Origin: Candidatus Krumholzibacteriota bacterium
Lineage (GTDB): Bacteria; Krumholzibacteriota; Krumholzibacteriia; JAJRXK01
Reading direction: 5' to 3'
DNA: 64,000 nucleotides
Assembly: GCA_963727455.1 (NCBI GenBank)
Contig: CAVSGG010000005.1
Location: 320,001 to 384,000 of the forward strand
Under the pieces are notes generated by a model. The model was not told the origin of the DNA and ran no database searches. It worked only from the letters and a program-made list of their open reading frames with translations. Below are positions 48,098 to 58,743 of this stretch, one piece after another. A program made the position numbers and the translations under genes. Each line of letters begins with the position of its first letter. Position 1 is the stretch's first letter.

Positions 48098-51000
48098 ATG
48101 AGAGCAGTACCCCAGACTCCACGAGTGCTGTTGGGGGCGATTTTTGTCCTGACCTTGACGCACTGTGCCGCGATGGCGAGCCCGGCGTTCGAACTTCAGG
48201 TTCTGGAGCAGAGCGCCGACCGTACGACCTTCCGCGTGATTCTCCCCACTCAGGGCGAGCGCTTCGCGCGCGTCCAAAAGTTCGTCCTCGCGCTTCCTTC
48301 CTCTCGTGCCCCCCGGCTCGAGGTTCTGCATCGCCGGGATGTCTACGATGAGAGCGATCAGCGTGGGGTAGAGCTCCCCGGGATGGAGGATTTGACCCAG
48401 CTGGGCAGGCCGCATCGCGTGCGCGGGGTCTGGCGCGCCGTGCTCTCTCTCTCCTTGCTCTACCGAGGGCAGGATGGGCGTCCGCGTCGTCTGCAGGAGA
48501 TCGAAATCACGGTGAACCATCCGGCGGCGGCTGGGGAATTTGCACCGCCGCCCGCACTGGGGGCCTTCGACCCGGCCGTACACTTCGCTGCGGCTCCCTT
48601 CGTCAATCCGGCCGCGGCGCGCTCCTTCCGCCGGGCCTCCATCCTTCGCCAATCGGCTTCTGCCAAAGTGGCCGGGGAAAACGACACCTTCGCCCGTAGC
48701 TCGCACTGGCTTCGCCTGGAGATCTCACGGACAGGTCTCTACCGCCTGCGCTACGAGGACCTGGAGGCCCTTCTGCAGGCAGATGCTGCTTCCATCGATC
48801 CCGCTTCCCTGCGGCTCTTCTCGGCCCCGCAACTCCTGCAAGCGATCGACCCCAATAAGCCGGGACAGAGTTGGGAGTCCGATTACGAGCTGAAGGAACG
48901 CGCGATCTCCGTGGTGGCATCCGCTCCGGCCGCTGGGATGGGAGCCGGCGACTACATCCTATTCTATGCCGGCGGCATCGATACCTGGATGGATCGTCAC
49001 GACCCCTCGGTCGACGATCCCTACGCCCACGTGGAACACCAGTACGCGGATCACCTCGCGCTGTGGTTGAGTTGGGACGAGATTGGCCTGAGCGATTCCA
49101 CCTTTCCCGCCAGCCCGCAGCGAATGAGTCAACTCGATGCGACTCCGGATCCGGACCCTGCCCAGGATCTCTCCGACTACCGCGACCGACTGCACCTCGA
49201 AGACTCCGCCGCCATGCGATACGGAATCGTCAAGGACAACTGGACCATGACCTCTAGCCCACTGCGTGCGGGGGAGGGGTTCACGAAGAACTGGACAACG
49301 GACCACGTATTGGCGGACAGCACCGCTTACATCTTCGTGAATCCGGTCATGATTCCCGCCAGTAGCGTGGCGAGCATCGAGCTGCTCTCCAACGGGACCA
49401 ACGCCGGGAACTACACTTGGTCCTCTGCTCTTCAATTGAGCGGCGAGATCGTTCGCTTCGGGGGCGCGGCGATGGCACCGCTCGATGGCGGCAATCAAAT
49501 CCAGATCGTGAATCGCTCTACGAGTGTGAAGATCGATCTTGATCTCATCGACCTGAGCTATCGTCGCGGCTTCTTCACGCGTTCGGGCAGCCTCGAGTGG
49601 ATGGTATTTCCCGATGAGGCGGCCACTCCTGTCTCACGGACCATGCATCTACGGGACGAAGAGCAGGCGAGCGCGGGCTTCGACCTGGAGAGCCTGGTGT
49701 TGAACACGACGGATCCCGATCATCCCGTCATCCTCACCGGGGCTGCCGTCGATCAGGACTCGCAAGGGCTTCGTTTCAAGTCCGTCTTGCAAGCCGGGGA
49801 ACACTTCGCCGCGTACGAATCGGCGGCGCTCCTCAAGGTCGAAGCCATGAAACTCGGACGCCCGCGACTCTTGCGGAGTGAAGTTTTCGCGCAGGGAGGC
49901 TGGGACTATCTCGCGGTGGGACCGGCGGACCTGATCGCTGGTGCCGACGAACTGGTGAATTACCACAGTCAGGTGCTGCGCGACCCGAACGGCCAACTTC
50001 TGCCCGCTCCGCGCGTGACGGACGTCGACCTGCAGGATATCTGGGACAATTTCGGCTACGGTGTCAAGGAGCCGGCAGCGCTGCGCAATTTCCTGAAATT
50101 CTGCTACCTCCATCCGGTCCGTCAGGAAGCGGGTCGGCAAACCCAATACGCACTTCTGGTGGGCGATGCCAGCCGGGACTACCGCAGTCGGCTTCCCGGG
50201 AGCACCGGCGAAGAGGAGCGCGATCGCTGTCCCACCTTCGTGCAGACCCACTGGCCCTACAGCAACGAGACCCAGGCGGGGCAGTCGCAGTATGCACCCT
50301 ATGCCAGTGACGACTGGTTTGGGGCCTTCGACGCGCCGGACAGTTCCACCAGTGTCTTCAGTAGCCATCTCGCCCCCTATGACTTGCCCGAACTGGGCCT
50401 GGGCCGAATGCCGGTAGCTGATCTCTCAGAGGCTCGGCTGATGGTGCGTCGCGCCACCGAGTACCAGACCGCACCCGAACCCGGCGGCTGGCGCAACGAC
50501 GTCCTCTTGGTCTGCGACGACGAGGTCGGTCTCGCATCGGGATCGGTCAGAGAGACAATGCACATCAATGAGGGGGAGATCCTGGCCGAGAGTCTCATTC
50601 CGGACGTGGTGGACGTGACGAAGCTTTATCTGACCGAGTACCCCAATCCGCCGGGGCCGCGCAACAAGCCGGCGGCGCGCGCGGAGATGCGACGCTCCTG
50701 GTCGGACGGAAAGCTCATCGTGCACTACATCGGCCATGGTTCGCCGCGCCAGCTGGCCGACGAGAAGGTCTTCCTCATCGAGGACGTTGCCGCCTTGACC
50801 AACGAGAGCCGGCTGCCCCTGTTTCTCGCCTTCTCCTGCGACGTTTCGATCTTCGATTCACCCACCGAGAAGAGCATGGCGGAACAGCTGGTACTCCATG
50901 AGGGGGGAGGGGCGATCGCGAGCATCGCGGCCACTCAGGTGACCTTCGTCCAGTCGAACGACAACCTGACCAACGACTTCTATCCGCTGCTCTTTCCCAG

Positions 51001-52174
51001 CGACGATCCGGCGGATTCACCGCCAATCGGGGCTGTTCTGCGCGACGCCATCGTGATGCTCGGCGGCAGCGCCTTCACCGATCACAACTCGCTCAAGTAT
51101 GCACTCTTCGGGGACCCAGCCTTGTCTCTGGCCACCGCAAAGAAGGGCCTGGTGCTGACTGGCGCGCTCACCGACACCATCGCCACCGGTACGCTCTCGC
51201 AAGTGGTGGGCCGCAAGACGGACGGCCAACTCCTCTCCGGTCGCTACGAGCTCCTCGCGCGGGAAGCCCGCGATCACTCCGGCTATTCGCGCGTGGACAA
51301 CGACACCACCATTTTCCACATCCCCTATGTGCTGGACGGGGCGGCGTTCTTCAAGGGCCAGGGCACTGCCTCCGGGGAGAGCCTGCGAGTCGATCTTCCC
51401 GTGCCCGTCAGCTTGCGCGCGGGGAGCGATGGCCGGGTCCGTATGCTCTACGAAGACGATGGCCTGGAAAGCTCGGAGCTGGTCGGCATCTCCGATCCCG
51501 TGCCCGTCGTTCTCCGTTCCAGCTCCAGCGATGACACCGACGGCCCCACCATCCAGCTGAGTTTTTCCACCGCCTCGGTCATCGTGGTCCCCGGAGACAC
51601 CCTCAGCGTTCGGATCAGCGACCCGAGCGGGATCAACGTGTTGGGCACAACCCCGGCCAGCCGCATCAACGTCGATTTCGATTCGCGCGGTTTCCCGTTG
51701 GACATCACTCGCCTCTTTCGGCTGGATGAGGGACGCTTCGACAGCGGCGGCCTGAACTATCCGCTACCGTCCGATCTGGAGCCGGGCGCACACACCATGC
51801 AGGTGAGCGCCAGCGATACGCGCGGAAATCTCTCGAAGGCTTCGATAAGTTTTACTCTGCGTCAGCCGGGCGCGCTGGAGATCACCGACGCGGTGGCCGT
51901 GCCCAATCCGTTTTCACGGGCCACGAGATTCGTGGTCGATTTGAGCGATGCGGCGCGCGTCGAGATTGGGATTCACTCACTCGACGGGCGGCTCATTCGC
52001 AAGCTCGAAGACGTACAGAATCAGCGAGGAGTTCTCGTCATCGATTGGGATGGCTTGGATTTCCGGGGGGACGAGATTGCCAACGGCGCGTATCTCTATA
52101 CGGTACGGGCGACCTTTCTTCAGGCATCACAACTCAGCTTGACCAAGACGGGTCGAGTGGTACGGATGCGTTAG
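48098..52174 (+). CDS. porU: T9SS sortase PorU-like C25 (gingipain-family) protein with C-terminal sorting domain
   Basis: Signal peptide; TGLYRL.Y, IWDNFG, LLVGDAS.DYR, SDDWF, LGRMP; catalytic YIGHG and FSC; D.DGP.I; CTD PNPF...WDG.D..G..IANG.Y.Y; adjacent to porV. Confidence 0.85.
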   Translation: MRAVPQTPRVLLGAIFVLTLTHCAAMASPAFELQVLEQSADRTTFRVILPTQGERFARVQKFVLALPSSRAPRLEVLHRRDVYDESDQRGVELPGMEDLTQLGRPHRVRGVWRAVLSLSLLYRGQDGRPRRLQEIEITVNHPAAAGEFAPPPALGAFDPAVHFAAAPFVNPAAARSFRRASILRQSASAKVAGENDTFARSSHWLRLEISRTGLYRLRYEDLEALLQADAASIDPASLRLFSAPQLLQAIDPNKPGQSWESDYELKERAISVVASAPAAGMGAGDYILFYAGGIDTWMDRHDPSVDDPYAHVEHQYADHLALWLSWDEIGLSDSTFPASPQRMSQLDATPDPDPAQDLSDYRDRLHLEDSAAMRYGIVKDNWTMTSSPLRAGEGFTKNWTTDHVLADSTAYIFVNPVMIPASSVASIELLSNGTNAGNYTWSSALQLSGEIVRFGGAAMAPLDGGNQIQIVNRSTSVKIDLDLIDLSYRRGFFTRSGSLEWMVFPDEAATPVSRTMHLRDEEQASAGFDLESLVLNTTDPDHPVILTGAAVDQDSQGLRFKSVLQAGEHFAAYESAALLKVEAMKLGRPRLLRSEVFAQGGWDYLAVGPADLIAGADELVNYHSQVLRDPNGQLLPAPRVTDVDLQDIWDNFGYGVKEPAALRNFLKFCYLHPVRQEAGRQTQYALLVGDASRDYRSRLPGSTGEEERDRCPTFVQTHWPYSNETQAGQSQYAPYASDDWFGAFDAPDSSTSVFSSHLAPYDLPELGLGRMPVADLSEARLMVRRATEYQTAPEPGGWRNDVLLVCDDEVGLASGSVRETMHINEGEILAESLIPDVVDVTKLYLTEYPNPPGPRNKPAARAEMRRSWSDGKLIVHYIGHGSPRQLADEKVFLIEDVAALTNESRLPLFLAFSCDVSIFDSPTEKSMAEQLVLHEGGGAIASIAATQVTFVQSNDNLTNDFYPLLFPSDDPADSPPIGAVLRDAIVMLGGSAFTDHNSLKYALFGDPALSLATAKKGLVLTGALTDTIATGTLSQVVGRKTDGQLLSGRYELLAREARDHSGYSRVDNDTTIFHIPYVLDGAAFFKGQGTASGESLRVDLPVPVSLRAGSDGRVRMLYEDDGLESSELVGISDPVPVVLRSSSSDDTDGPTIQLSFSTASVIVVPGDTLSVRISDPSGINVLGTTPASRINVDFDSRGFPLDITRLFRLDEGRFDSGGLNYPLPSDLEPGAHTMQVSASDTRGNLSKASISFTLRQPGALEITDAVAVPNPFSRATRFVVDLSDAARVEIGIHSLDGRLIRKLEDVQNQRGVLVIDWDGLDFRGDEIANGAYLYTVRATFLQASQLSLTKTGRVVRMR

Positions 52175-52249
52175 AGAAAGGGGCAACCTACGATTCATGT
52201 TTCACATCAGCTGGAGCGCCAACCCATTCCGACACAGGAGGACGAATCA

Positions 52250-53242
52250 GTGAACCGCTCCCTAATGGCCGTCTTGGCCGCACTCATCATCGTGACCGCA
52301 TTTTCAGGGCAAGCTTTGGCGGTGAGCCAGGCAGGCGCGATTTCCCTGACCTTTCCCATCGGAGCGCGCTACAACGCGCTGGGGGAGGCGGGGACTGCGC
52401 TCAGTACGGATATCGCTGCCATGTGGTGGAACGCGGGAGGATTCGCATTCGCGGCAGACGGCGGGAAACGCCGTGGCTTCGAATTCATGGATACCAAACT
52501 CGTACCCGATCTTGCCAATGACGTGCGCTTGGATTTTCTCGGCTACGGCCAGTACGTCGAGGGCTGGGGCATGATGGGGGTCTACATCGACTACCTCAAC
52601 AACGGACAGCAGACGCAAACCGACGAAGGAGGGCAGGTTCAAGGGACCTTCGGTTCGTACGAGTTCTCGGTGGGCTTTGCCTACGGCGTGAAAATGACTC
52701 CGCATTTGGGGGTCGGCGTCGGCGTCAAGTACTTCCGCAACGAGCTGGCGCCGGACAGCGCAACCCAGGACCGTGGCTCAGGCTCCGGTTCGACCTGGGC
52801 CATCGATACGGGTCTGCACTACCGGGTCAACGATCGCGTGCAACTGGGGGCCGCCCTGACCAACCTCGGTCCGGACATCACCTTCATCGATGCCGACCAG
52901 TCCGATCCCATGCCGCTCACGCTTCGCCTGGGAGTCGCCACGACGGCCTACCAGTCCGAGTACATGGGATTCTTGGTGGTTGGCGATTATCTCAACAGTC
53001 TGGTTAGCCAGGACAACACGCAGATCTACGGCGGTGGCGTCGAGTGGAACTACGTGGAAAGTCTTTTCATCCGCTTGGGCTACAAGGATGACAGGGAAGG
53101 AGAGATCCAGGACTACACTTGGGGCTTGGGTGTCGACCTGACCCGTTGGACGGGGCAATCGATTTCGATGAACTACGCGAGCGTGCCGCAGGCCAAGGAC
53201 CTGGATCGCGTGAACCGAATCTCCCTCAGCTTCCTCTTTTGA
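52250..53242 (+). CDS. porV: PorV/PorQ family outer-membrane beta-barrel (FadL-like)
   Basis: L.FPIGARYNALGEAG.A, WWN.GG, LTNLGP.I, DPMPLTLRLG, GVEW.Y; terminal Phe; AGGAGG RBS. Confidence 0.85.
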   Translation: MNRSLMAVLAALIIVTAFSGQALAVSQAGAISLTFPIGARYNALGEAGTALSTDIAAMWWNAGGFAFAADGGKRRGFEFMDTKLVPDLANDVRLDFLGYGQYVEGWGMMGVYIDYLNNGQQTQTDEGGQVQGTFGSYEFSVGFAYGVKMTPHLGVGVGVKYFRNELAPDSATQDRGSGSGSTWAIDTGLHYRVNDRVQLGAALTNLGPDITFIDADQSDPMPLTLRLGVATTAYQSEYMGFLVVGDYLNSLVSQDNTQIYGGGVEWNYVESLFIRLGYKDDREGEIQDYTWGLGVDLTRWTGQSISMNYASVPQAKDLDRVNRISLSFLF

Positions 53243-53306
53243 GCTGAGACAGAACGACTTGAAACGCGAAGCTCAGTTGAACGCGATCAGAGCCGGAGGT
53301 CAGTGA

Positions 53307-56300
53307 ATGTCATGCCGAGCAAGCCAGGGCCCAAGGCCTTCGTCGAGTGCATCACGCTCGCTGACTCTGCGCGCTCTTGGATTGTCTGGTCTGCTCCTGT
53401 GGGGGTTGGCGCTCCCTCTTCACGCCGATGCGGCCAGACCAAGTCAATCCGAGGTGGTGCGCGTACGCTCCTATCCCTCGCTCACGCTTCGCCGTTCCCC
53501 TTTGCCCAGCCAGCTGCCGCCGGCGCAGCTGCAAGAGCTGGAGAAGAGAGAGGAGAGCGAGGAACTGGTGCGGCGCCATCTGGGACCGCACGGAATTTCG
53601 CGCAAGGGTCTGGCGCGCGCGCAACGCCGCCGCGAGATCGTGTCGACCAAGGGCCTGGCCGCGGCGGGAGTCGATACGCTGCACGTCTTGGTCGTTCTCA
53701 TCGACTTCGACACCGATAAATCGGGTTCTCTCACCAGTGTCACGAAGGATGGCGGTTTCAGCTGTGATCCGGATACCTCGCTCATCTTCGACCCACCACC
53801 GCACGACCGGAACTTCTTCCGCTCTCACATCGAAGGTCTGGGACGCTATTGGTCGTCCATGAGCAACGGCCGGCTCGTGGTGGATGCGCGGGTGTATCCA
53901 CCGGCCGATCCCAGTTCGGACCGCTATCCCTGCAACGCCATCAGCTTGAGCGACATCGCCGATTTTGGTCCCGGCTCGGGGGGCTTCTGGGATCTCGACG
54001 GGCTGGTGAAGCTGGTGCAATCCATGATCACCGCGACGGACGAAGCTTCCTTGGATGACCCAAGCTTGAATCTGGCGGATTTCGATTTCGACAACCCGAA
54101 CTCCTACGTGATCTTCGCGCACGCGGGAGGCGACCTCCAGAGCAACCTGGTATGGACTCCGGGGAGCGAGGGTTATTCGCCCAACGACATCCCCACCTTT
54201 TTCGTGCTCTTCGGAGACGATGATAAGGTTCCCTTGCAATCGGTGGACGATGTCACCAGCACCCAGGGTCTCATGACCGAGTGCAGCATCATTCCCGAGA
54301 GCACCACCCAGGACGGATTGGTGGGGAGCATTGCCGCCGCGCTCTACCACGAGTTCGGGCATTCCCTGGGCCTGCCCGATCTCTACAGTACCTATACTGG
54401 GCAACCCACGGTGGGCTGGTGGGATCTCATGGACAGCGGGACGAATCTACCCGCGGTGGTTCAGCTGCAAGCGGGGGGCGATCCCATCCAGGTGACGGGA
54501 CTGCTCCCACCCAGCATTGGGCTCTGGTCGAAGTGGTTTTTGGGATGGGTCGATCCGATCCGGGCCACCGCGCAGACCAAGTCGATCGATCTTCCGGCCT
54601 CCTACCTGCAGGGCCGAGACGACAAGGGCTTGCTCCTGGATACCGGGAGCGACGAATTCTTTCTGGTGGAAAATCGCTGGGTTCCACCCTTCGTTCCGGT
54701 GGACGGGAGTGGGAACCCGAAGTGGGTGCTGATCCGCGATCCGGATACCGGAGTGGTTCTCTATCTGGGTGAGAACACTGACGAGGCTCGCCCCGCGAAC
54801 ACCAATCTCTATGACTTCTTCATGCCCTGGGCGGGTGGTGCCATGGTGTGGAGAGTTCGCGAGGACCTGATCGACCAGCGCATCGCCACCAACGAAGTTC
54901 AGGGAGCACCGGGTGATTTCGCACTGGAAATCGTGGAAGCCGACGGGATCCAGGATATCGGAATCTTCGATTTTCGGACTTTTGGATTCGTGGGCAGCGA
55001 CAACGACGCATTTCGCGCGCAGGGCCTCTATCCGAATCCTCCGGTGAATCCTTTCTTCAGCGTGAATTTCGATTCCACCCAAACTGCCTTTGGACCGTGG
55101 ACCATCCCCAGCAGTGAAAGCGCACTCAAAGTGCCCACCGGCGCGGCAATCTGGGACATCTCACGAAGTGATACCATGATGACCATGAAAACCGCGCTCA
55201 AGGTTTCCTCGGTCGCGGACAATTCGCTCTTTCCCGTAGTCTTGCCCCCGGTGGATCGTGCGGAGGGCCCCGTGCCCCTCTTGGGCGACGCGGCGAGCGT
55301 GACGACTCTGGGCGGCCTGGATGCCAGCAGCGCCGTGGAACCGGCCATTCTGGTGAGCGCGGTGCCTTCGGACGGTGGCGCAGGTGCGGGGGTCTTTGCG
55401 TTCACGCCAGCGGGGGAGCCCATTGGCAGCGGGGCCGTGGCAGCTCTGAGTGCACCCACCGCGGGACCCATTGCCTATCTGCCCTCTTTCCGCGGCGCTC
55501 CCGTCTACGCCCTGGCGACGGTGGACGGAAGCCTGGACGTGCGCGATACCGATCTGCTGGCGGGTGGTGCCTCGCTCTCCGGTTTTCCGCTCGCTCTCGG
55601 GGATTCGATCAGCGCCGGTCCCATCGTGCTGCGCCGGGGCTCGGAGTCGCTCTTGGTGACGACGAATCTCGCGGCGAGCCGGATTCACATCGTCGATGAG
55701 AGCGCCACGCTGCACGAGGATTGGACCGACTGGGAGAGCACGAGCGGTTTGGGACTGGCCCCCAACGAGGCCCTGCGCTCTACGCCCGTCGCCGCCGACC
55801 TCGATGGCGACGGAAGCGTGGAATCGATGGTCTTCTTGGCGGGAGGCCGCATCGTGGGCTACGACCTCAGCGGTGCCATGCCCAATCGCGTCCTCGATCT
55901 GCCCGTGCTGGACAAGTTGGGGCCGGTTGGCCCCGACGCTCACTTCGATTTGATCGCTTGGCCCACGGAGGCCGGCGCTTCCCGCGATCGCATTCTGCTG
56001 GCCTTCAGCGAGGCCAGGAGTGGCGATCCCGACGCGATTCTCCTGCGAGTGTTCTACGAGAACGGGGCGTGGAGGTCGGAGTACTTCGGCGAGCGGATGC
56101 CCTATCCCCTCACAGGAGCTCCCGCCTTGGGTGACTTGGATGGAGATGGCCACCGCGACGTGGTGGTCCTGGATCACCAGCGCATCTGGGCCTTCGGCGG
56201 ACCGAGCGGCGCATCCTTGGCTGGCTTCCCGATTCCTCTGCGCGACCAGCATCTCGTCAGTCCCGGTGATAAGCTCATCGACGAGCCCAAGGGCAGTGCA

Positions 56301-56969
56301 ATCGTCGTCGACGTGGACGGTGACGGCCAGAACGAGCTCGTATTCGAAAGCGCGCTGGGACTGCTCTACGCTCTGGAGGCTGACGGCAAGGACAGCTCAG
56401 GCTATCCACGCAAAGTCAGTGGGGGCGGAGTGATCTCCCCGCAGCTCTTCGACTACCTCGATGGAGCACAGCCGAGACGAGCGTTGCTTCTCTTCGAAGC
56501 CGAAGGAGATACCGTGGCGCAGGGGAACGCTCTGCGCAATCCACGTCTGCAAAAACTCGAGCTCCCGCCGCCTCCCGCGCCTCGCCACGACCAGAGACTG
56601 GCCGAATGGCGCGGCCTTTTGGGAAGCGTGCTGCGCACGGGGAGAGCGGTCCCGGGACAGGGTCCGCAGAGTAGCGTTGCTTCGGTCCATGAGGACAAGG
56701 GAGCATTCGTCTATCCCAATCCGGCAGGCGCACAGCTCTACGCCAGAGTGCGTTTCGAGAGTGGGGGCGAACAGACTGCTTCTGCGACGCTGATGAATCT
56801 CGAAGGCGAGAAGCGTTACACGACCACCAAAGAGATTTCCACGGCAGGGACCAACGAGATCGATCTTCCCATCGAGACCCTGGCTTCCGGGCCGTATCTC
56901 TGCCGTATCGAATACCTGGCGCCGGCCGGGCGCCGAGTCGAAATCGTCCCCTTCTACATCGAGCACTGA
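53307..56969 (+). CDS. M6 (immune inhibitor A-like) metalloprotease with FG-GAP repeats and T9SS-like CTD
   Basis: HAG, HEFGHSLGLPDLY, Met-turn WDLMDSG, K..LGW, EFFLVENR; repeats ADLDGDG, GDLDGDG, VDVDGDG; CTD FVYPNPA...LASGPY. Confidence 0.85.
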   Translation: MSCRASQGPRPSSSASRSLTLRALGLSGLLLWGLALPLHADAARPSQSEVVRVRSYPSLTLRRSPLPSQLPPAQLQELEKREESEELVRRHLGPHGISRKGLARAQRRREIVSTKGLAAAGVDTLHVLVVLIDFDTDKSGSLTSVTKDGGFSCDPDTSLIFDPPPHDRNFFRSHIEGLGRYWSSMSNGRLVVDARVYPPADPSSDRYPCNAISLSDIADFGPGSGGFWDLDGLVKLVQSMITATDEASLDDPSLNLADFDFDNPNSYVIFAHAGGDLQSNLVWTPGSEGYSPNDIPTFFVLFGDDDKVPLQSVDDVTSTQGLMTECSIIPESTTQDGLVGSIAAALYHEFGHSLGLPDLYSTYTGQPTVGWWDLMDSGTNLPAVVQLQAGGDPIQVTGLLPPSIGLWSKWFLGWVDPIRATAQTKSIDLPASYLQGRDDKGLLLDTGSDEFFLVENRWVPPFVPVDGSGNPKWVLIRDPDTGVVLYLGENTDEARPANTNLYDFFMPWAGGAMVWRVREDLIDQRIATNEVQGAPGDFALEIVEADGIQDIGIFDFRTFGFVGSDNDAFRAQGLYPNPPVNPFFSVNFDSTQTAFGPWTIPSSESALKVPTGAAIWDISRSDTMMTMKTALKVSSVADNSLFPVVLPPVDRAEGPVPLLGDAASVTTLGGLDASSAVEPAILVSAVPSDGGAGAGVFAFTPAGEPIGSGAVAALSAPTAGPIAYLPSFRGAPVYALATVDGSLDVRDTDLLAGGASLSGFPLALGDSISAGPIVLRRGSESLLVTTNLAASRIHIVDESATLHEDWTDWESTSGLGLAPNEALRSTPVAADLDGDGSVESMVFLAGGRIVGYDLSGAMPNRVLDLPVLDKLGPVGPDAHFDLIAWPTEAGASRDRILLAFSEARSGDPDAILLRVFYENGAWRSEYFGERMPYPLTGAPALGDLDGDGHRDVVVLDHQRIWAFGGPSGASLAGFPIPLRDQHLVSPGDKLIDEPKGSAIVVDVDGDGQNELVFESALGLLYALEADGKDSSGYPRKVSGGGVISPQLFDYLDGAQPRRALLLFEAEGDTVAQGNALRNPRLQKLELPPPPAPRHDQRLAEWRGLLGSVLRTGRAVPGQGPQSSVASVHEDKGAFVYPNPAGAQLYARVRFESGGEQTASATLMNLEGEKRYTTTKEISTAGTNEIDLPIETLASGPYLCRIEYLAPAGRRVEIVPFYIEH

Positions 56970-56983
56970 CGCCGGGAGGAAGC

Positions 56984-57952
56984 ATGCGCGCCACCATATC
57001 ACTTCTTCTTTTCCTCGTATTTTCCGCCGGTACCGCGCGGGCGGCAGAGACTTCGACTCCCTTCAATCCCGCAATCCAGACGACCCATCTCGTGTCGCGC
57101 GGATCGGCTGCGGAACTCCTCGAAGATGCTTCGAGCCCGGATACGCCCACGTATCGCTTCAGCGCGAGGCAGGCCGATCGGCTCCTGGCGCAGGAGGGCG
57201 AATCGGTCCCGCACTGGGAGGGAGGTCAATCTTCGGGGGCACCGCGGCGCTGGTGGTCGCTTGCTCTCTCCGCCGCCGTTCCCGGACTCGGCGAGGCAGT
57301 GACCGGGCATCGCCGCGGATACTTTTTCATGGCGGCCGACGCGGCATCGATTTTCGGTGCGATCCACTACAACAAAAAGGGCGATGACAAGGAGAATGAG
57401 TACATCGCCTTCGCCGACGCACATTGGCATCAAGCGGATTGGGAGGAGGCGCTGCGAACCGTGGACACTTCGCCTTGGTTTGGAACAAATTATGAGAAGA
57501 AGGAGGACGTTCCGCTCTACGTTTCCAAGGAAGAGGACGCGCGAGAGTATTATGAGAACCTGGGCAAGTGGGACATCTTCTGGTACGGCTGGGAGGATTC
57601 CAAACCCACCAGCATTGGCGACACCGACATCACCTGGGACTGGACGAATCCTCCCGCGGACTTCATTACTCCGCTGCGCAACCAATACCTCGACATGAGG
57701 ACCGCGAGCAACGATGCCTATGGCAACCGAGACAAGTTCCTGACTGCGAGTTTGCTCCTCCGGCTGGTCAGCGTCCTCCAGGTCGCGTACTTGGAGGGTT
57801 TTATCGGCGGGCGATACAAGAACGACTATGAGGGACCGGGAGTGGGCGGCTCCCTGGCGCATTGGCAGAAGAGTCACGGCGCTCAGGTGAATTGGTTCGT
57901 CGATGCGAGGAGCATCGACCACACCCGCTTGGGTCTTCAGGTGAGGTATTGA
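56984..57952 (+). CDS. exported DUF5683-like protein
   Basis: Signal peptide; LSAAVPGLGE..G motif; C-terminal amphipathic strand LGLQVRY. Confidence 0.6.
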   Translation: MRATISLLLFLVFSAGTARAAETSTPFNPAIQTTHLVSRGSAAELLEDASSPDTPTYRFSARQADRLLAQEGESVPHWEGGQSSGAPRRWWSLALSAAVPGLGEAVTGHRRGYFFMAADAASIFGAIHYNKKGDDKENEYIAFADAHWHQADWEEALRTVDTSPWFGTNYEKKEDVPLYVSKEEDAREYYENLGKWDIFWYGWEDSKPTSIGDTDITWDWTNPPADFITPLRNQYLDMRTASNDAYGNRDKFLTASLLLRLVSVLQVAYLEGFIGGRYKNDYEGPGVGGSLAHWQKSHGAQVNWFVDARSIDHTRLGLQVRY

Positions 57953-57954
57953 TC

Positions 57955-58739
57955 ATGCGCGCGAAATTCACCATCTACTTGGCACTTGTGACCCTTCTCA
58001 CCGGACTCGGTTCGGCCCGAGCGGAAGATGGAGGAAGATTGAGCTCCATCATGAGGGAGAGCTCGGATCGCGCGGTCGCCCAGCAATCCCATCCGGACCA
58101 CGTCACTGCACCGGTCTTCGGGGGAGAAATCGGGGCCCGACTGAAGCACGCGTCGCATTCTCTTCTGCTTCCAGGTTGGTCGCAACTCCGCTCGCACCAC
58201 AAGTACCGGGCTGCCTTCTTCTTGACGGCGGAGGCCGCGATCTGGACTTCTTTCGCGGTGTTCAAGGTACAGGGTCACAGCCGGGAAAACACCTACCAGG
58301 ATTACGCGGTAAATTTCGCCGGAATCTCTCCCGGCAATCGAGATGACAACTACTGGCGCGCCTTGGGTGTCTACTCAGACAGCGATGCGTACAACGAGGA
58401 CCGGCGCCGCGACCTGCGGATCGGTCTAGATCCCTCCGGGCCGGAGTATGCCGGGGGTGACGCCTGGCAGTGGCAGAGTGAGGCCCGTTTCGAGGACTAC
58501 AACGCCCTCCGGCGAGACGCCAACAGCGCTTATGACAATGCGGACCTGGTGGTGGTATTGGCCTTGGTCAACCGCCTCGTGTCGTTCGTCGACGCCATGC
58601 GGAGCGGCCCCCCCAAGAAGGGGCAGACGACGCTCCGAATCATCTGCTGAACGCCGGTGGGTTTGGGATGGATCTCGGCGTGGGCCCCGATGCGAACGGG
58701 GGGGTGGCCTCCTCGTTCACTCTAAGCCGGAGCTTCTGA
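57955..58739 (+). pseudogene. DUF5683-like paralogue with a -1 frameshift at a C7 tract (stops at 58650 as assembled; restored frame ends at 58739)
   Basis: SLLLPGWSQ motif; adding one C at 58608-58614 gives ...GPPQEGADDAPNHLLNAGGFGMDLGVGPDANGGVASSFTLSRSF*, ending 4 nt before the next ATG. Confidence 0.6.
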
Positions 58740-58743
58740 GGGT

